Notes: generated by a model from the sequence alone, not told the origin. Positions 26,196 through 39,492 are shown, counted from the stretch's first letter. The stretch is DNA of 64,000 bases from an uncultured Candidatus Actinomarina sp. (GCA_902604835.1 CACKZW010000002.1:17515-81514); one strand, 5' to 3'. A program made the numbers and translations.

Positions 26196-26813
26196 ATGAG
26201 TGAAGACACAGTTGTAGAATTAGAAAATGAAGAAGTAGAGCAAGAACAAGAAGCACCTCTTCACCCCTATGACCTTCCTGGTGAATGGTTCGTTTTAAAT
26301 GCACAATCTGGCCATGAAAAAAAAGTTCAGACAAACATATTAACTAGAATCAAGAATCTTCATCTTGAAGATAATGTTTACGAAGTTGTAATTCCTACGG
26401 ATGAAGTAGTCGAAATAAGAAATGGAAAGAAAGTAAATATTGAAAAGAAAACATTCCCAGGATATGTTCTTGTAAGAATGGATCTAGACGATACAACTTG
26501 GTATGAAATCAGAAATACACCATCAGTAATTGGTTTTGTTGGATCTGGTAAGGTACCAATTTCCCTTTCAAAAAGGGAAGTAGAGAGAATTTTAGGAACC
26601 AACGAAGAAGTAGAAGTTAAAAAAGAGAGTCCAAAATTCAAACCTGACTTTGAAGTAGGAGAAACAGTAAGAGTTACAACTGGACCATTTGCCGATTTCA
26701 ACGGAATAATTGAAGAAATTAATCTTGATCAATCAAAAGTTACAGTTTTAGTTAATATATTCGGAAGAGAAACACCTGTTGAACTTGGATTTACAGATAT
26801 AGTTAAGAATTAA
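26196..26813 (+). CDS. nusG: Transcription factor NusG
   Basis: FPGYVLVRM, NTPSVIGFVG, KOW GPFADFNG, IFGRETPVEL. Confidence 0.97.
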   Translation: MSEDTVVELENEEVEQEQEAPLHPYDLPGEWFVLNAQSGHEKKVQTNILTRIKNLHLEDNVYEVVIPTDEVVEIRNGKKVNIEKKTFPGYVLVRMDLDDTTWYEIRNTPSVIGFVGSGKVPISLSKREVERILGTNEEVEVKKESPKFKPDFEVGETVRVTTGPFADFNGIIEEINLDQSKVTVLVNIFGRETPVELGFTDIVKN

Positions 26814-26819
26814 ATCATT

Positions 26820-27245
26820 ATGGCAAAAGAAGTAAAAGCAAAATTAAAATTACAGATACCTGGTGGTGGAGCAACTCCTGCACCCCCAGTTGGTTCAGCA
26901 TTGGGGCAATACGGTGTAAATATTATGGATTTTGTTCAAGCATTCAACAACGATACTTCAAGCAGGCAAGGTGAAACTGTTCCGGTTGAGATAACTATAT
27001 TTGAAGATAATTCATTTACCTTTGTAACCAAAACAGCCCCAGCCTCATATTTAATTAAAAAAGCAATAGGTTTGGAATCAGGATCTCCGGAACCGCATAA
27101 AGAAAAAGTTGCTTCAATTACAAGATCTCAACTTGAAACAATTGCTGAAGCAAAGATGGAAGATCTTAATGCAAATGATTTAGATGCCGCCGTGAAAATT
27201 ATCGCAGGAACTGCTCGATCAATGGGAGTAACTGTAGAGAATTAA
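26820..27245 (+). CDS. rplK: 50S ribosomal protein L11
   Basis: [26 protein letters not shown]. Confidence 0.98.
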   Translation: MAKEVKAKLKLQIPGGGATPAPPVGSALGQYGVNIMDFVQAFNNDTSSRQGETVPVEITIFEDNSFTFVTKTAPASYLIKKAIGLESGSPEPHKEKVASITRSQLETIAEAKMEDLNANDLDAAVKIIAGTARSMGVTVEN

Positions 27246-27247
27246 GA

Positions 27248-27278
27248 TTTTGGGAGACTAAAGTCGCATGTACCAAAA
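27248..27278 (+). ncRNA. L1-binding translational operator between rplK and rplA
   Basis: TTTTGG-GAG-AC-TAAA-GT-CGCATGTA-CCAAAA abutting the SD GGAG; same layout as the Gram-positive L1 autoregulatory site. Confidence 0.7.
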
Positions 27279-27286
27279 GGAGAAAT

Positions 27287-27973
27287 ATGACCAATCAAGG
27301 TAAAAGATATCAAAATATAAAGAAACAAATCCCTGAAGAAAGACAAGATATTTCAGAAGGTTTAAGAATTTGCAAAGAAACAGCAAGTGCAAAATTTGAT
27401 GAATCTATAGATGTAGTTTTTTCATTGAATATTGATACAAAAGATCCAGAACAAAACATTCGAACAACAGTCTCTCTCCCTAACGGCTCAGGTAAAACAG
27501 TAAGGATTGCAGTTTTTGCTGGTGGAGAAGAGCTCACTGAAGCTGAAAAAGCTGGAGCAGACATAGTAGGAGGCAAGGATCTTGCAACTAAAGTTAGTTC
27601 TGAGGAAAAGCTTGACGTTGATATTGTTATTTCAACTCCTGAAATGATGGCAGAAGTAGGACAGTTAGGTAAAATCTTAGGACCACAAGGATTGATGCCC
27701 AATCCCAAAACTGGAACAGTAACTCCAAATGTAGCAAAAGCCGTAGAAGATTTTAAAAAAGGTAAAGTTGAAATAAAAAATGACAAACTTGGAAATATTC
27801 ACTTAAGTATTGGAAAAGTTTCTTTTGATGAATCAGAGTTGTTAGAAAATTTAAATGAAGTAATTGCTGAAGTTAATAAAGCTAAGCCTGCTTCTTCAAA
27901 AGGAGAGTTTATTAAATCCATGCACATATCATCTACAATGGGCCCTTCTGTCCAAATAGATATTAATCAGTAA
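27287..27973 (+). CDS. rplA: 50S ribosomal protein L1
   Basis: LPNGSGK, LGPQGLMPNPKTGTV, SSTMGP. Confidence 0.98.
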   Translation: MTNQGKRYQNIKKQIPEERQDISEGLRICKETASAKFDESIDVVFSLNIDTKDPEQNIRTTVSLPNGSGKTVRIAVFAGGEELTEAEKAGADIVGGKDLATKVSSEEKLDVDIVISTPEMMAEVGQLGKILGPQGLMPNPKTGTVTPNVAKAVEDFKKGKVEIKNDKLGNIHLSIGKVSFDESELLENLNEVIAEVNKAKPASSKGEFIKSMHISSTMGPSVQIDINQ

Positions 27974-28023
27974 TTTATCTCCATTAATATTCAGTTATAT
28001 ATATAATTTAATAACAATTTAAA

Positions 28024-28098
28024 CCAAAGACCGATAGTGGCTTGCCTTAATTTCTATCGCAGGTAAAAAGATGGTCCTTGGTTTGCAAGGATTTTTTT
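28024..28098 (+). ncRNA. L10 leader with an attenuator-like hairpin
   Basis: CCAAAGACCGATAG...CTATCGCAGG core; TCCTTG-GTTTG-CAAGGA plus T7 directly before the ATG; TATAAT at 28002-28007. Confidence 0.7.
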
Positions 28099-28644
28099 AT
28101 GGTAAGAAAAGATAAACAAGATAAAGTTAAAGAATTAGAAGATTTATTTAAAAAAGCCAACACTTTGGTTTTAGCAGAGTATAGAGGGCTTACTGTTAGT
28201 CAACAGACACTTCTAAGAAAAAATTTAAAAAATGTAGGGGCTACTTTTAATGTAGTAAAAATGAGCCTTGCTAAAAGAGCAGCCACTAAAGCTGGATTTG
28301 AAGATATTTTAGATTATTTTTCTGGGCCAACAGGAGTAACAGTTATAGAGTCTGATCCTGTAGAAGCTGCAAAAGTATTAAAAGAATTTTCAGACGAAAA
28401 TGATTCATTTATTGTTAAAGGTGGTTTGATGGACAACAAGCCTTTAACAATTGAACAATTAAATGTTCTAGCTTCTATAGAGTCAAAAGACGTTCTTTTA
28501 GCAAAAATTGCTGGAGGATTTAATGCCCCGTTAAGCAAACTTGCTTACGCACTTAAAGGTCTTACAAACAAAACAAGTTTTGCATTACAGGCACTAATTG
28601 AAAAAAAAGAGTCTGGTGAAGAAATTAGTAAAGAGGAGGAATAA
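28099..28644 (+). CDS. rplJ: 50S ribosomal protein L10
   Basis: EYRGLTV, F.GPTG, VKGG; start moved to the ATG after the leader. Confidence 0.96.
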   Translation: MVRKDKQDKVKELEDLFKKANTLVLAEYRGLTVSQQTLLRKNLKNVGATFNVVKMSLAKRAATKAGFEDILDYFSGPTGVTVIESDPVEAAKVLKEFSDENDSFIVKGGLMDNKPLTIEQLNVLASIESKDVLLAKIAGGFNAPLSKLAYALKGLTNKTSFALQALIEKKESGEEISKEEE

Positions 28645-29027
28645 TGGCAAAAATGACAACAGAAGAAATATTAGGCATTTTTGAAGAAATGTCTGTCTTA
28701 GAACTTAAAGAGTTCTTGGATGCTTTTGAAGAAAAATTTGATGTTACAGCGGCAGCACCAGTTGCAGTTGCTGCAGCACCAGCTGGCGGAGACGCTTCCG
28801 GCGGAGAAGAAGCAAAAGATTCATTTGATGTTGTTTTGGCAGATGCCGGTGGACAAAAAATACAAGTTATTAAAGAAGTTAGGGGACTAACTAGTCTTGG
28901 CCTAAAGGAAGCAAAAGAACTTGTAGATGGAGCTCCATCTGACATTCTCAAAGGTGCTTCTAAAGAAGATGCTGATAAAGCAAAAGAAGCCTTAGAGGGT
29001 GCCGGGGCAACTGTAGAACTTAAATAA
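28644..29027 (+). CDS. rplL: 50S ribosomal protein L7/L12
   Basis: [29 protein letters not shown]. Confidence 0.98.
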   Translation: MAKMTTEEILGIFEEMSVLELKEFLDAFEEKFDVTAAAPVAVAAAPAGGDASGGEEAKDSFDVVLADAGGQKIQVIKEVRGLTSLGLKEAKELVDGAPSDILKGASKEDADKAKEALEGAGATVELK

Positions 29028-29041
29028 ATTTAACTTATTTG

Positions 29042-29070
29042 TTTACTTAAATATCGAGTAACTATATAAT
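29042..29070 (+). promoter_or_regulatory. Housekeeping sigma promoter for rpoBC
   Basis: TTTACT-17bp-TATAAT, followed by a small ATATC-TTTCG-GATAT hairpin and SD GGAGG. Confidence 0.75.
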
Positions 29071-29111
29071 ATATCTTTCGGATATCATTTTTACATTTTT
29101 GAGGAGGCTTA

Positions 29112-32100
29112 TTGTCCGCTGTTCAGAATTCTAGGCTTTCGTTTGCAAAAATTCCAAAAGTTCTAGATATTCCAGATTTATTAATTGTCCAAAAAGATTC
29201 GTTTAAATGGTTTATTGAAGAAGGATTAAAAGAAATACTTGATGAGATTTCTCCTATTGAAGATTTCTCAGGAAGATTTTCACTAGAATTTCTAAATCAT
29301 TTTTTTGAAGAACCACTTAAATCTTTGGAAGAATGTAAAATTACTGATTCAACCTATTCTCAACCACTATATGTGACTGCACAGTTTTTAGACAGAGAAA
29401 CCGGCCAAATTAAGCAACAAACTGTATTCCTTGGAGATTTCCCAATCATGTCAGATACTGGAACATTTATTATTAATGGAACTGAAAGAGTTATCGTAAG
29501 TCAACTTGTAAGATCACCAGGTGTATATTTTTCACAAGAAATAGACAAAACCTCCGATAAAGAAATTTTTATTGGAAAAATGATACCTGGAAGAGGGGCC
29601 TGGCTCGAATTTGACACAGACAAACGAGATACTGTTGGAGTTAGAGTTGATAGAAAAAGACGACAACACATCACTGCATTTTTAAGAGCACTTGGTGTAA
29701 TTGAAACTAAGGAAGAAGCTATCGAACTCTTCGGAGACTACCCATCAATCCAAAATACAATTGAAAGAGATCCTGATACTACTCCAGAAGCAGCCCTAAT
29801 TGATCTTTACAGAAAACTAAGACCTGGTGAACCAGCAACTGTTGAATCTGCAAGAAATTTAGTAAAACAAATGTTTTATACCCCAAAAAGATATGACCTA
29901 ACAAAAGTAGGAAGATATAAAGTTGAGCAAAAACTTGGTAGAGACTATGGAGAAAAAGATGCGGAAACATATTCAACTGAAATTGATGGCATGTTACAAA
30001 TTGAAGACATAATTGATACCATAAAATATGTTGTAGCACTTCATGCAGGGGATGAAAATTTTGAAAATAAATTAGGAAGAACTATTCCAGTAAGACTTGA
30101 TGATATCGATCACTTTGGAAACCGAAGGATAAGAACTGTTGGTGAACTTGTTCAGAATCAGGTAAGAGTGGGACTTAGTCGTTTAGAAAGAGTTGTCAGA
30201 GAACGTATGACAACACAAGAACCCGAAGCAATTACGCCTCAGTCATTAATTAATATAAGGCCAATACAAGCATCATTAAAGGAATTTTTTGGAACAAGCC
30301 AATTAAGTCAATTTATGGATCAACCTAACCCAATTGCTGCCTTAACTCATAGAAGAAGATTGTCAGCACTTGGCCCAGGTGGACTTTCAAGAGAAAGAGC
30401 AGGTTTCGAAGTTAGAGATGTACATCCATCCCACTATGGAAGAATGTGTCCGATTGAAACGCCAGAAGGACCAAATATTGGATTGATTGGTACTTTAGCT
30501 ACATATGGAAGAGTAAATCGTTTTGGTTTTATTGAAACCCCATATTGGAAAGTAGAAAATGGTGTAGTAAAAACCAACAAAGCTGTTTATCTTACTGCAT
30601 CTCAAGAAGATGAATATACGATTGCACAAGCAAATGCTCCTCTTAATGATGACGGAACATTTCAAAACAAAAGAGTTTTATGTAGACAAAATGGTGGTCA
30701 AGTTTCTTTCGTAATGGACAAAGATATTGACTATATGGATGTGAGTCCAAAACAGATTTGTTCAGTTACAACTGCATTAATCCCATTTTTAGAACACGAT
30801 GATGCCAACAGAGCGTTGATGGGATCAAACATGCAGAGACAAGCCGTACCACTAGTAACAACAGAAGCACCTTACGTAGGTACAGGGATGGAAGAGAATG
30901 TTGCTCGAGATTCAGGAGAAGCCTTGATATCCCCAATTGCTGGTGAAGTAGTTTCAGTAACTGGTGATGAAATAACTCTAAAAGAGAATGAAACAAACAA
31001 AAAGTTTACATTTGAAGTCAAAAAATTCAAAAGATCAAATCAAGCAACTTCTGTTAATCAAAAACCACTCGTAAGAGTCGGATTAAAAGTTAAACCAGGG
31101 GACGTTTTAGCAGATGGACCAAGTACTCAAGGTGGTGAACTAGCTTTAGGTAAAAATCTATTGGTCGCATACATGCCATGGGATGGATACAATTTTGAAG
31201 ATTCAATAGTAATTTCTGAAAGATTAGTTAAAGAAGATGTTTTAACTTCTGTCCATATTGCTGAGCATGAGATAGAGGCTCGTGATACCAAGTTAGGTGA
31301 GGAAGAGATCACAAGAGATATTCCAAATGTAGCTGAAGAAGTTTTAATGGACTTAGATGAAATGGGAATCGTTAGAATCGGTGCAGAGGTCACTCCTGGT
31401 GATTACTTGGTTGGTAAAGTCACTCCAAAAGGTGAAACTGAATTAACTCCCGAAGAAAGATTATTAAGAGCGATTTTTGGTGAAAAAGCTAGAGAAGTTA
31501 GAGATACCTCTTTAAGAGTTCCTCATGGAGAAAGAGGCAAAGTAATTGACGTACAAATCCTTAAAAGAGATGACGGAGCTGACTTACCTCCTGGTGTGAA
31601 TCAAAAAGTCCGAGTGTATGTTGCCATACAAAGAAAAATTCAAGTAGGAGATAAATTATCTGGAAGACACGGAAACAAGGGTGTTATTTCAAAGATAAAT
31701 CCTATTGAGGATATGCCCTTTTTGGAAGATGGCACCCCAGTGGATATTTTACTTTCTCCACTTGGTGTTCCAAGCAGAATGAACTTAGGTCAAATTTTAG
31801 AGACTCATTTAGGATGGGCAGCAAATGAAGGATGGAATGACTTTAAGGGTAAATCAAAAGCCTCAAATGGTGCAAAACCTGGAACTTTAGTGTCAACTCC
31901 TGTATTTGATGGTGCAGATGAAGATGAAATACATCAAATTTTAAAAAATGTTAATCCAAATAGGGATGGAAATCTTCTTGTTAATGAAGATGGAAAAGCA
32001 ACATTATATGACGGTAGGACTGGAGAAAAGTTTGATTCAAAAATCACCGTAGGGTACACATATATATTGAAGTTAATCCATTTAGTTGATGAAAAAATAC

Positions 32101-32501
32101 ATGCAAGATCAACTGGCCCGTATTCAATGATTACTCAACAACCACTTGGTGGTAAAGCACAGTTTGGAGGTCAAAGATTTGGAGAAATGGAAGTATGGGC
32201 ATTAGAAGCTTATGGTGCTAGTTATGCTCTTCAGGAACTTTTAACAATAAAATCCGACGATACCGTAGGAAGAGTTAAAGTTTATGAATCAATCGTTAAG
32301 GGCGACAATATTCCAGAACCAGGAATACCAGAGTCCTTTAAAGTTCTTCTTAAAGAAATGCAAAGTTTATGCCTCAATGTGGAAATACTATCTGCTGGAG
32401 AAGAAATCTCAATGAAGGAAATCAGCGACGAATATGTCAAAACTGCAGAAACACTTGGTATTGATATGACAAGACCAGAAGAAGATGAGGCAGAATTATA
32501 A
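29112..32501 (+). CDS. rpoB: RNA polymerase beta subunit (TTG start)
   Basis: [49 protein letters not shown]. Confidence 0.99.
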   Translation: MSAVQNSRLSFAKIPKVLDIPDLLIVQKDSFKWFIEEGLKEILDEISPIEDFSGRFSLEFLNHFFEEPLKSLEECKITDSTYSQPLYVTAQFLDRETGQIKQQTVFLGDFPIMSDTGTFIINGTERVIVSQLVRSPGVYFSQEIDKTSDKEIFIGKMIPGRGAWLEFDTDKRDTVGVRVDRKRRQHITAFLRALGVIETKEEAIELFGDYPSIQNTIERDPDTTPEAALIDLYRKLRPGEPATVESARNLVKQMFYTPKRYDLTKVGRYKVEQKLGRDYGEKDAETYSTEIDGMLQIEDIIDTIKYVVALHAGDENFENKLGRTIPVRLDDIDHFGNRRIRTVGELVQNQVRVGLSRLERVVRERMTTQEPEAITPQSLINIRPIQASLKEFFGTSQLSQFMDQPNPIAALTHRRRLSALGPGGLSRERAGFEVRDVHPSHYGRMCPIETPEGPNIGLIGTLATYGRVNRFGFIETPYWKVENGVVKTNKAVYLTASQEDEYTIAQANAPLNDDGTFQNKRVLCRQNGGQVSFVMDKDIDYMDVSPKQICSVTTALIPFLEHDDANRALMGSNMQRQAVPLVTTEAPYVGTGMEENVARDSGEALISPIAGEVVSVTGDEITLKENETNKKFTFEVKKFKRSNQATSVNQKPLVRVGLKVKPGDVLADGPSTQGGELALGKNLLVAYMPWDGYNFEDSIVISERLVKEDVLTSVHIAEHEIEARDTKLGEEEITRDIPNVAEEVLMDLDEMGIVRIGAEVTPGDYLVGKVTPKGETELTPEERLLRAIFGEKAREVRDTSLRVPHGERGKVIDVQILKRDDGADLPPGVNQKVRVYVAIQRKIQVGDKLSGRHGNKGVISKINPIEDMPFLEDGTPVDILLSPLGVPSRMNLGQILETHLGWAANEGWNDFKGKSKASNGAKPGTLVSTPVFDGADEDEIHQILKNVNPNRDGNLLVNEDGKATLYDGRTGEKFDSKITVGYTYILKLIHLVDEKIHARSTGPYSMITQQPLGGKAQFGGQRFGEMEVWALEAYGASYALQELLTIKSDDTVGRVKVYESIVKGDNIPEPGIPESFKVLLKEMQSLCLNVEILSAGEEISMKEISDEYVKTAETLGIDMTRPEEDEAEL

Positions 32502-35500
32502 TGGAAAAAATTTTTGATGAATTAAGCATTAGTCTTGCCACTTCTGATCAAATGAGGAGTTGGTCTTTTGGTGAAGTTAAAAAACCAGAAACAATTAATT
32601 ACAGAACTCTCAAACCTGAAAAAGAGGGTTTATTTGACGAAAGAATTTTTGGTCCAACAAAAGATTGGGAATGCTCTTGTGGACGGTATAAAAGAATCAG
32701 ATATAGAGGGATAGTCTGTGAAAGATGTGGAGTAGAAGTAACAAGACGTGAAGTTCGAAGGGAAAGAATGGGGCATATCGAACTTGCTGCTCCCGTTACA
32801 CATATTTGGTATTTCAAAGGAGTACCAAGCAGGCTTGGGTATTTCCTTGACATGTCTCCAAAAGAATTAGAAAAAGTCATATACTTTGCTGCGTATTTGG
32901 TTGTTTCAATTGATGACAAGAAAAGGACTAAAGATTTATCTGAAATTGAAGAAGCTGTTGAAGCAGAAGTAGAAATTGTTGAAGAAGAGTTTTCTGAGTG
33001 GGAAGTCAAAAGACTTAAACAAATGAAAGTTGAATTAAAAGCAATGGAAAATGCAAAAGTTCCTGAAGCTGAAATTCAATTAAGGACAAAAGAAATTGAA
33101 AAAGAGATCAAGCAAAAGAAATCTAAATCTGATGCAGAGATAAAAGTAATTCAAGAAGCTTTTTCTACGCTAAAAACTCTAAAACCTAAAACTCTTATAG
33201 AGAATGACACACTATGGCGTGAAATGATTGACAAGTATGATGAATATTTTACTGGTGGAATGGGAGCGGAGGCAGTCAGAGAATTAGTACAACTAGTTGA
33301 CCTAAAATCTGAAATGCAAAAGCTTAAAGGAGATTTAGATTCAAAATCTGCTCAAAGACGACAAAGAGCAATACAAAGAATGAAAGTGATAAAACCATTT
33401 GCTGATGGAAAAAATCCACCTGAAGCTATGATTCTCGAAGTTATTCCAGTTATCCCTCCTGAATTAAGACCGATGGTTCAGCTTGACGGTGGAAGATTTG
33501 CTACTTCAGATTTAAATGATTTATATAGAAGACTTATAAATCGTAATAATAGATTGAAAAAGCTTATTGAACTCGGTGCACCAGACATAATTATTAGTAA
33601 TGAGAAAAGAATGCTCCAAGAGTCTGTTGATGCATTATTTGATAATGGTCGAAGAGGACGAGCAGTAGCTGGAGCAGGCGGTAGAGGACTTAAATCACTA
33701 TCTGATATGTTGAAAGGTAAACAGGGAAGATTTCGTCAGAACTTACTTGGAAAACGTGTTGACTACTCCGCCAGATCAGTAATCGTTGTAGGTCCACACT
33801 TAGATCTTCAGCAATGTGGATTACCAAAGATGATGGCTCTAGAATTATTCAAACCATTTGTTATGAAAAGGCTTGTTGAGCTAGGTTTAGCTCAAAATAT
33901 TAAATCTGCAAAACGAATGGTTGAAAGATCAAGAGCTCAGGTCTGGGATGTTTTAGCTGAAGTAATAGAAGAACACCCTGTCTTATTAAATAGAGCTCCG
34001 ACTTTACACAGATTAGGCATTCAAGCTTTCGAGCCAATATTAGTTGAGGGTAAAGCCATTCAAGTTCATCCTCTTGTTTGTGAAGCTTTTAATGCAGACT
34101 TTGATGGTGACCAAATGGCAGTTCACGTGCCTTTGTCAGCTGAAGCTCAGGCTGAAGCAAGGGTACTAATGCTCGCAACAAATAATGTTTTATCTCCGGC
34201 AAGTGGAAACCCAATAGTCTCTCCTAGTCAGGACATGGTAATAGGTCTTTACTACATAACAGAATGTCATGATGATTTAGAAACAGCGGAGCATGCTTTC
34301 GTTGATGCTAACGAAGCACAACTAGCTTATGAAGCTGGACACATAACTTTACAAACACCTATAAAGGTCAGAGTAGGCGATCTTGCAGGATCAGAACAAA
34401 TTTATAATAAAATTAAAAATAGATTTTCAGAGTTATTAACTCCTGAATATACATCTGGAGACGTACTTACAAATACAACCCTTGGAAGATTACATTTCAA
34501 TGCAATATTACCTTCAGACTTCCCATATATAGAAGCTTCTGTAAGAAAGCCACAAATGAAAAAAATAATTTCAGAAGTAATTGAAACATATAATAAAGCT
34601 GAACTTCGTGAATTCTTAGATTCTATGAAAAGAGTAGGATTTAATTTTGGTGCCAAAGCCGGCTTATCTGTTGCAATGACAGACGTAAAAACTCCTCCAA
34701 GTAAAAATCAAATTCTTGAAAAATATGAAAACGAAGCTGAAAAAGTCGAGAAATTATATAAAGACGACATAATTACTGAAACAGAGAGAAAACAAAAAAT
34801 TATTGAAATCTGGAATGAAGCTACAGACCAAGTGCAATATGCCATGAGCGCAGAATTAGAATCTGAAAGATTTAACCCAGTTGATATGATGGTCAAATCT
34901 GGAGCACGAGGCAACATGATGCAAGTAAGACAGCTTGCCGGTATGCGTGGACTTGTTGCTAATCCTAAAGGTGACATCATTGAAAGACCCATTAAAAGTA
35001 ACTTTAGAGAAGGTATGTCAGTGCTTGAATATTTTATTTCAACTCACGGCGCGAGAAAAGGTCTTGCTGACACAGCATTAAGAACTGCAGACTCAGGATA
35101 TTTAACAAGAAGATTAGTAGATGTTGCAGCTGGAATTGTTGTTAAAGACAGTGGCGATGAAAATATTGACTGGAAGGGAACTAATAAAAAAACAGTAGAT
35201 AAAAATGGCAAGCCTTCTAAATATCTACATTCAACTTTATTTGGAAGAGTGCTTAGTGAGGACATAAAGAAAGACAAAAAAACTATCGAATTTGCTGATG
35301 GAAGGAAATTATCAAAGGGAACTTACATTGATGCTGAGGCTTTAGATGTCATATCTAAGTCGGGAGTTGAATCGGTAAACGTCTTAACACCTTTTAACTC
35401 TTTAGATCCTGAGTCAATGGATGCGCTGTGTTATGGTTTTAGTCTTGCAACAGGAAAGCCAGTAGAAGATGGTGAAGCTGTTGGTATCATATCTGCACAG

Positions 35501-36424
35501 TCAATTGGTGAACCAGGAACGCAACTTACAATGAGAACATTTCATACTGGTGGGGTTGTAGGTCTAGATATCACATCAGGACTTCCTAGAATTGTTGAGC
35601 TGTTTGAAGCAAGAACTCCAAAAGGTAAATCAGTACTTTCTTTGATAGATGGAAAAGTTAAATCAGTTGATATGACCGAAGAAGGCAATCGTATCCTAAC
35701 AATACAAAATGAAAAAGAAGAAATCGAACTTTTAGTTTTAAGGAGACAAACACTCCTTGTAAATCAAGGTGACAGCGTTGAGGCTGGACAAGCGTTAACG
35801 ACTGGGCCAAAAGATCCAAAAGAAGTCTTACAAGTAAACGGTATCCGAAAATGCCAAGAATATTTGGTTGATGAGGTCCAAAAAACTTATCGTGATCAAG
35901 GAGTTGAAGTTCATGATAAGCATGTTGAAATGATTGTAAGACAAATGTTGAGAAGAGTAAGGATTGTTAGACCAAACGATTCTGACCTTCTACCAAATGA
36001 ATTGATAGATGCAACTCTATTCAGAAGCATCAATCAAGGATTAGTTAAAGATGGAAAAACACCAGCTGAAGGCAGGCCTGAACTGATGGGTATCACAAAA
36101 GCTAGCTTAGCGACAGATTCGTGGTTGTCAGCAGCGTCTTTCCAGGAAACAACAAGGGTATTAACTGAGGCAGCTATGAAGAAAAGTACGGACTCACTTT
36201 CAGGGCTAAAAGAGAATGTAATAATTGGTACACTTATACCAGCTGGAACAGGTTCAAATGCATATCAAAAACTTGTGCCAACTCTTCCAGGCGCTCAAGA
36301 AGTATCAGAAATTGGGTTTGCAACTCCATCGTCTGCTTCAGAAGATTCAGAGGATGAAGGTTTACCAAATCCAGCTCAATGGCTAGCTATGTTAGGCGAA
36401 GAAGGAGACGAAGATACAGAGTAA
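32501..36424 (+). CDS. rpoC: RNA polymerase beta-prime subunit with an actinobacterial coiled-coil insertion; second Zn site degenerate
   Basis: [12 protein letters not shown]; N-terminal CSC..CERC Zn finger intact; [16 protein letters not shown]. Confidence 0.99.
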   Translation: MEKIFDELSISLATSDQMRSWSFGEVKKPETINYRTLKPEKEGLFDERIFGPTKDWECSCGRYKRIRYRGIVCERCGVEVTRREVRRERMGHIELAAPVTHIWYFKGVPSRLGYFLDMSPKELEKVIYFAAYLVVSIDDKKRTKDLSEIEEAVEAEVEIVEEEFSEWEVKRLKQMKVELKAMENAKVPEAEIQLRTKEIEKEIKQKKSKSDAEIKVIQEAFSTLKTLKPKTLIENDTLWREMIDKYDEYFTGGMGAEAVRELVQLVDLKSEMQKLKGDLDSKSAQRRQRAIQRMKVIKPFADGKNPPEAMILEVIPVIPPELRPMVQLDGGRFATSDLNDLYRRLINRNNRLKKLIELGAPDIIISNEKRMLQESVDALFDNGRRGRAVAGAGGRGLKSLSDMLKGKQGRFRQNLLGKRVDYSARSVIVVGPHLDLQQCGLPKMMALELFKPFVMKRLVELGLAQNIKSAKRMVERSRAQVWDVLAEVIEEHPVLLNRAPTLHRLGIQAFEPILVEGKAIQVHPLVCEAFNADFDGDQMAVHVPLSAEAQAEARVLMLATNNVLSPASGNPIVSPSQDMVIGLYYITECHDDLETAEHAFVDANEAQLAYEAGHITLQTPIKVRVGDLAGSEQIYNKIKNRFSELLTPEYTSGDVLTNTTLGRLHFNAILPSDFPYIEASVRKPQMKKIISEVIETYNKAELREFLDSMKRVGFNFGAKAGLSVAMTDVKTPPSKNQILEKYENEAEKVEKLYKDDIITETERKQKIIEIWNEATDQVQYAMSAELESERFNPVDMMVKSGARGNMMQVRQLAGMRGLVANPKGDIIERPIKSNFREGMSVLEYFISTHGARKGLADTALRTADSGYLTRRLVDVAAGIVVKDSGDENIDWKGTNKKTVDKNGKPSKYLHSTLFGRVLSEDIKKDKKTIEFADGRKLSKGTYIDAEALDVISKSGVESVNVLTPFNSLDPESMDALCYGFSLATGKPVEDGEAVGIISAQSIGEPGTQLTMRTFHTGGVVGLDITSGLPRIVELFEARTPKGKSVLSLIDGKVKSVDMTEEGNRILTIQNEKEEIELLVLRRQTLLVNQGDSVEAGQALTTGPKDPKEVLQVNGIRKCQEYLVDEVQKTYRDQGVEVHDKHVEMIVRQMLRRVRIVRPNDSDLLPNELIDATLFRSINQGLVKDGKTPAEGRPELMGITKASLATDSWLSAASFQETTRVLTEAAMKKSTDSLSGLKENVIIGTLIPAGTGSNAYQKLVPTLPGAQEVSEIGFATPSSASEDSEDEGLPNPAQWLAMLGEEGDEDTE

Positions 36425-36442
36425 AAACTTATGAAGAATTCA

Positions 36443-36471
36443 TTGTTGTAAGTTCAAATCTGTCATATACT
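36443..36471 (+). promoter_or_regulatory. Promoter for the str operon
   Basis: TTGTTG-17bp-TATACT upstream of rpsL. Confidence 0.6.
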
Positions 36472-36516
36472 TCTTTTTCGGTAATAAAAAATTAACTTTT
36501 TTAGATTGGAATTTTT

Positions 36517-36885
36517 ATGCCTACAACTCAACAATTAGTGAGAAAAGGACGTAAGTCAAAGGTGTCTAAAGAAAAAACACCTGGACTGAAAGGGTCTCCT
36601 CAGAGGAGAGGTGTTTGCACGCGTGTTTATACAGTTACACCAAAGAAACCAAACTCTGCCCTTAGGAAAGTTTGCAGAGTTAGATTATCCACCGGCACTG
36701 AGGTGACTGCCTATATTCCTGGTGAAGGTCATAATTTACAAGAACACTCTATTGTTTTGGTAAGAGGTGGCAGGGTTAAAGATTTACCTGGTGTCAGATA
36801 TAAAGTTATTAGAGGAGCATTAGACACTTCAGGTGTTACCGATAGAAAACAGGCTCGATCAAGATATGGAAGTAAAAAAGGTTAA
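36517..36885 (+). CDS. rpsL: 30S ribosomal protein S12
   Basis: [23 protein letters not shown]. Confidence 0.99.
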   Translation: MPTTQQLVRKGRKSKVSKEKTPGLKGSPQRRGVCTRVYTVTPKKPNSALRKVCRVRLSTGTEVTAYIPGEGHNLQEHSIVLVRGGRVKDLPGVRYKVIRGALDTSGVTDRKQARSRYGSKKG

Positions 36886-36890
36886 AAATT

Positions 36891-37358
36891 ATGAGAAGGG
36901 GACCATCACTCAAAAGAAAAACTGAAGCCGATCCAATTTTTAACAGTGTCCTTGTATCTCAATTAACAAATCAAGTTTTATTAGATGGCAAAAAAGATGT
37001 TGCTAGAAGTATAGTTTATAAATCCTTAGAACTTGTTGAAAAACAAGCAGGAGGAGATCCTTTAAATGTTTTAAAATCTGCATTTGAAAATGTCAAGCCA
37101 CAAATTGAAACAAAATCAAGAAGAGTTGGTGGGACAAATTATCAAGTACCTATGGAAGTTCCTCATAGAAGAAGCACAACTCTTGCAATAAGGTGGATTG
37201 TTGATGCTGCAAGAAAAAGAGGAGAAAAAACTATGTCTGATAGGTTAGGAAGAGAATTATTAGATGCAAGCAACAATACAGGAGCTGCTGTAAAGAAAAA
37301 AGAAGATGTACACAAGATGGCAGAATCAAATAGAGCATTTGCTCATTACAGGTGGTAG
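36891..37358 (+). CDS. rpsG: 30S ribosomal protein S7
   Basis: [23 protein letters not shown]. Confidence 0.98.
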   Translation: MRRGPSLKRKTEADPIFNSVLVSQLTNQVLLDGKKDVARSIVYKSLELVEKQAGGDPLNVLKSAFENVKPQIETKSRRVGGTNYQVPMEVPHRRSTTLAIRWIVDAARKRGEKTMSDRLGRELLDASNNTGAAVKKKEDVHKMAESNRAFAHYRW

Positions 37359-37363
37359 TAAAT

Positions 37364-39454
37364 ATGTCAGAGAGAACAGTTGAACTTAAAAATTTAAGAA
37401 ACATTGGAATCATGGCTCATATTGATGCTGGCAAAACTACTCTTACTGAAAGAATTTTATACTACACAGGAAAAACCTACAAAATTGGAGAAGTTCATGA
37501 TGGTGCTGCTGTTATGGATTGGATGGAACAAGAACAAGAAAGAGGGATTACGATCACATCTGCAGCAACTACCTGTAGCTGGGCCGATCACACAATCAAC
37601 ATCATTGATACTCCTGGTCACGTTGATTTCACAGTTGAAGTTGAAAGATCATTACGTGTTTTAGATGGAGCAGTGGCAGTTTTTGATGGTGTAGCTGGTG
37701 TAGAACCTCAGTCTGAAACAGTATGGAGACAAGCAGACAAATATAATGTTCCAAGAATATGTTTTATAAATAAGCTCGATAGAACAGGAGCTAATTTTGA
37801 TGATGACGTTCAATCAATAGTTGAAAGACTTGAAGCTAAACCAGCAGTTTTACAAATACCTATTGGATCTGAGGCTGACTTTATTGGTGTTATTGACTTA
37901 ATTGAAATGAAAGCTCATACTTGGACAAAAGATGATGGCTCTGAGTGGGATATAAGTGAAATATCAGAAGATAAATTAGAAGAAGCAAAAACAAAAAGAG
38001 CAGAATTATTGGATATTGTTGCAGAAGCTGACGATGAGGTTTTAGAAAAATATTTAAGTGATGAGGAATTATCTGTGGCTGAGATTAAAAAAGCAATTAG
38101 ACAAGGAACATTAGCTGGCTTATTTGTACCTGTATTAGCGGGAAGTGCATTTAAAAATAAAGGAGTACAACTTCTTTTAGATGCCGTTGTTGATTATTTA
38201 CCATCACCATTAGACATTGAACCCGTCTCAGGATTTAAACCGGGCAAAGAAGATGATGAAATCAATAGAGAACATTCTGATGATGAGCCATTTTCTGCTC
38301 TTGCATTTAAAGTAGTCAGTGACCCTCACGTTGGTAAATTAACTTACTTTAGAGTTTATTCAGGGACATTAAGTAAAGGTGACAAAGTTGTTAATACAAC
38401 TACTGGAAAAGACGAAAGGCTTGGAAGAATTCTTAGAATGCATTCAAACTCAAGAGAAGATATTGATTTTATATCTACTGGAGATATCGTTGCAGGCGTA
38501 GGATTGAAAAATGCAAAAACAGGTGATACATTATCCGATTCCAGCAATCCTATTCAATTAGAATCTATGACATTTCCAGAGCCTGTTATTTCTGTAGCTA
38601 TTGAGCCAAAATCAAAAGCTGATGAAGAAAAGCTTTCAGAGGGATTACAAAAGTTGGCAGAAGAAGATCCAACTTTTAGAGTCAATTCAGATGAAGAAAC
38701 TGGTCAAACTATTATTTCTGGAATGGGTGAACTTCACTTGGATATATTAGTTGACCGATTAAAACGAGAATTTAAAGTTGAAGCAAATATTGGTAAACCT
38801 CAAGTTGCATACAGAGAAGCTTTGAAGAAGAAGACTGATATTGAAGCAAAATATATTAGACAAAGCGGAGGAAGAGGCCAATACGGTCATGTGATAATGG
38901 AGTTAGAACCAATTGAGGATGGATACGAATTTGTAGATTTAATTAAAAGCGGGCGAATTCCTAAAGAGTATATTCCTTCTGTTAATGCTGGAGTAGAAGC
39001 TGCAATGGAATCTGGAGTTTTAGCTGGTTATCCTCTCGTAAATATGAGAGCAACTTTGAAAGATGGTACTTATCATGATGTTGATTCCTCAGAAATGGCC
39101 TTCAAAATTGCTGGATCAATGGCACTAAAAGACGGAGCAAAAAAAGCTGGAGTAAAACTACTGGAGCCTATTATGACTGTAGAGGTAGTAACACCTGAAG
39201 ATTTTATGGGAGATGTTGTCGGAGATCTTTCTTCAAGAAGAGGAAAGATAGCTGAAATGGGACAAAGAGGATCGGCAAAAGTTGTCAGTGCTAAAGTCCC
39301 ATTATCAGAAATGTTCGGATACGCAACAGATTTGCGTTCAAGAACTCAAGGCCGTGCAACATTCACGATGCAGTTTGATAGTTATGAAGACGTCCCAGAC
39401 GCTATAACTAAAGAAATAACTGCAAGTGTTCGTGGAGTAGAGGTTGAAGTTTAG
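37364..39454 (+). CDS. fusA: Elongation factor G
   Basis: [33 protein letters not shown]. Confidence 0.99.
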   Translation: MSERTVELKNLRNIGIMAHIDAGKTTLTERILYYTGKTYKIGEVHDGAAVMDWMEQEQERGITITSAATTCSWADHTINIIDTPGHVDFTVEVERSLRVLDGAVAVFDGVAGVEPQSETVWRQADKYNVPRICFINKLDRTGANFDDDVQSIVERLEAKPAVLQIPIGSEADFIGVIDLIEMKAHTWTKDDGSEWDISEISEDKLEEAKTKRAELLDIVAEADDEVLEKYLSDEELSVAEIKKAIRQGTLAGLFVPVLAGSAFKNKGVQLLLDAVVDYLPSPLDIEPVSGFKPGKEDDEINREHSDDEPFSALAFKVVSDPHVGKLTYFRVYSGTLSKGDKVVNTTTGKDERLGRILRMHSNSREDIDFISTGDIVAGVGLKNAKTGDTLSDSSNPIQLESMTFPEPVISVAIEPKSKADEEKLSEGLQKLAEEDPTFRVNSDEETGQTIISGMGELHLDILVDRLKREFKVEANIGKPQVAYREALKKKTDIEAKYIRQSGGRGQYGHVIMELEPIEDGYEFVDLIKSGRIPKEYIPSVNAGVEAAMESGVLAGYPLVNMRATLKDGTYHDVDSSEMAFKIAGSMALKDGAKKAGVKLLEPIMTVEVVTPEDFMGDVVGDLSSRRGKIAEMGQRGSAKVVSAKVPLSEMFGYATDLRSRTQGRATFTMQFDSYEDVPDAITKEITASVRGVEVEV

Positions 39455-39492
39455 GCTTTTTAAAAGCTTGAACTTTTAGAAAAGGAGAAAAT

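Noticed and set aside
30290-30375. RpoB rifampicin region differs from the E. coli/Mtb sequence ([16 protein letters not shown], including S522>A)
   Set aside because: D516, H526 and S531 equivalents are wild type; no resistance phenotype can be inferred from natural variation.
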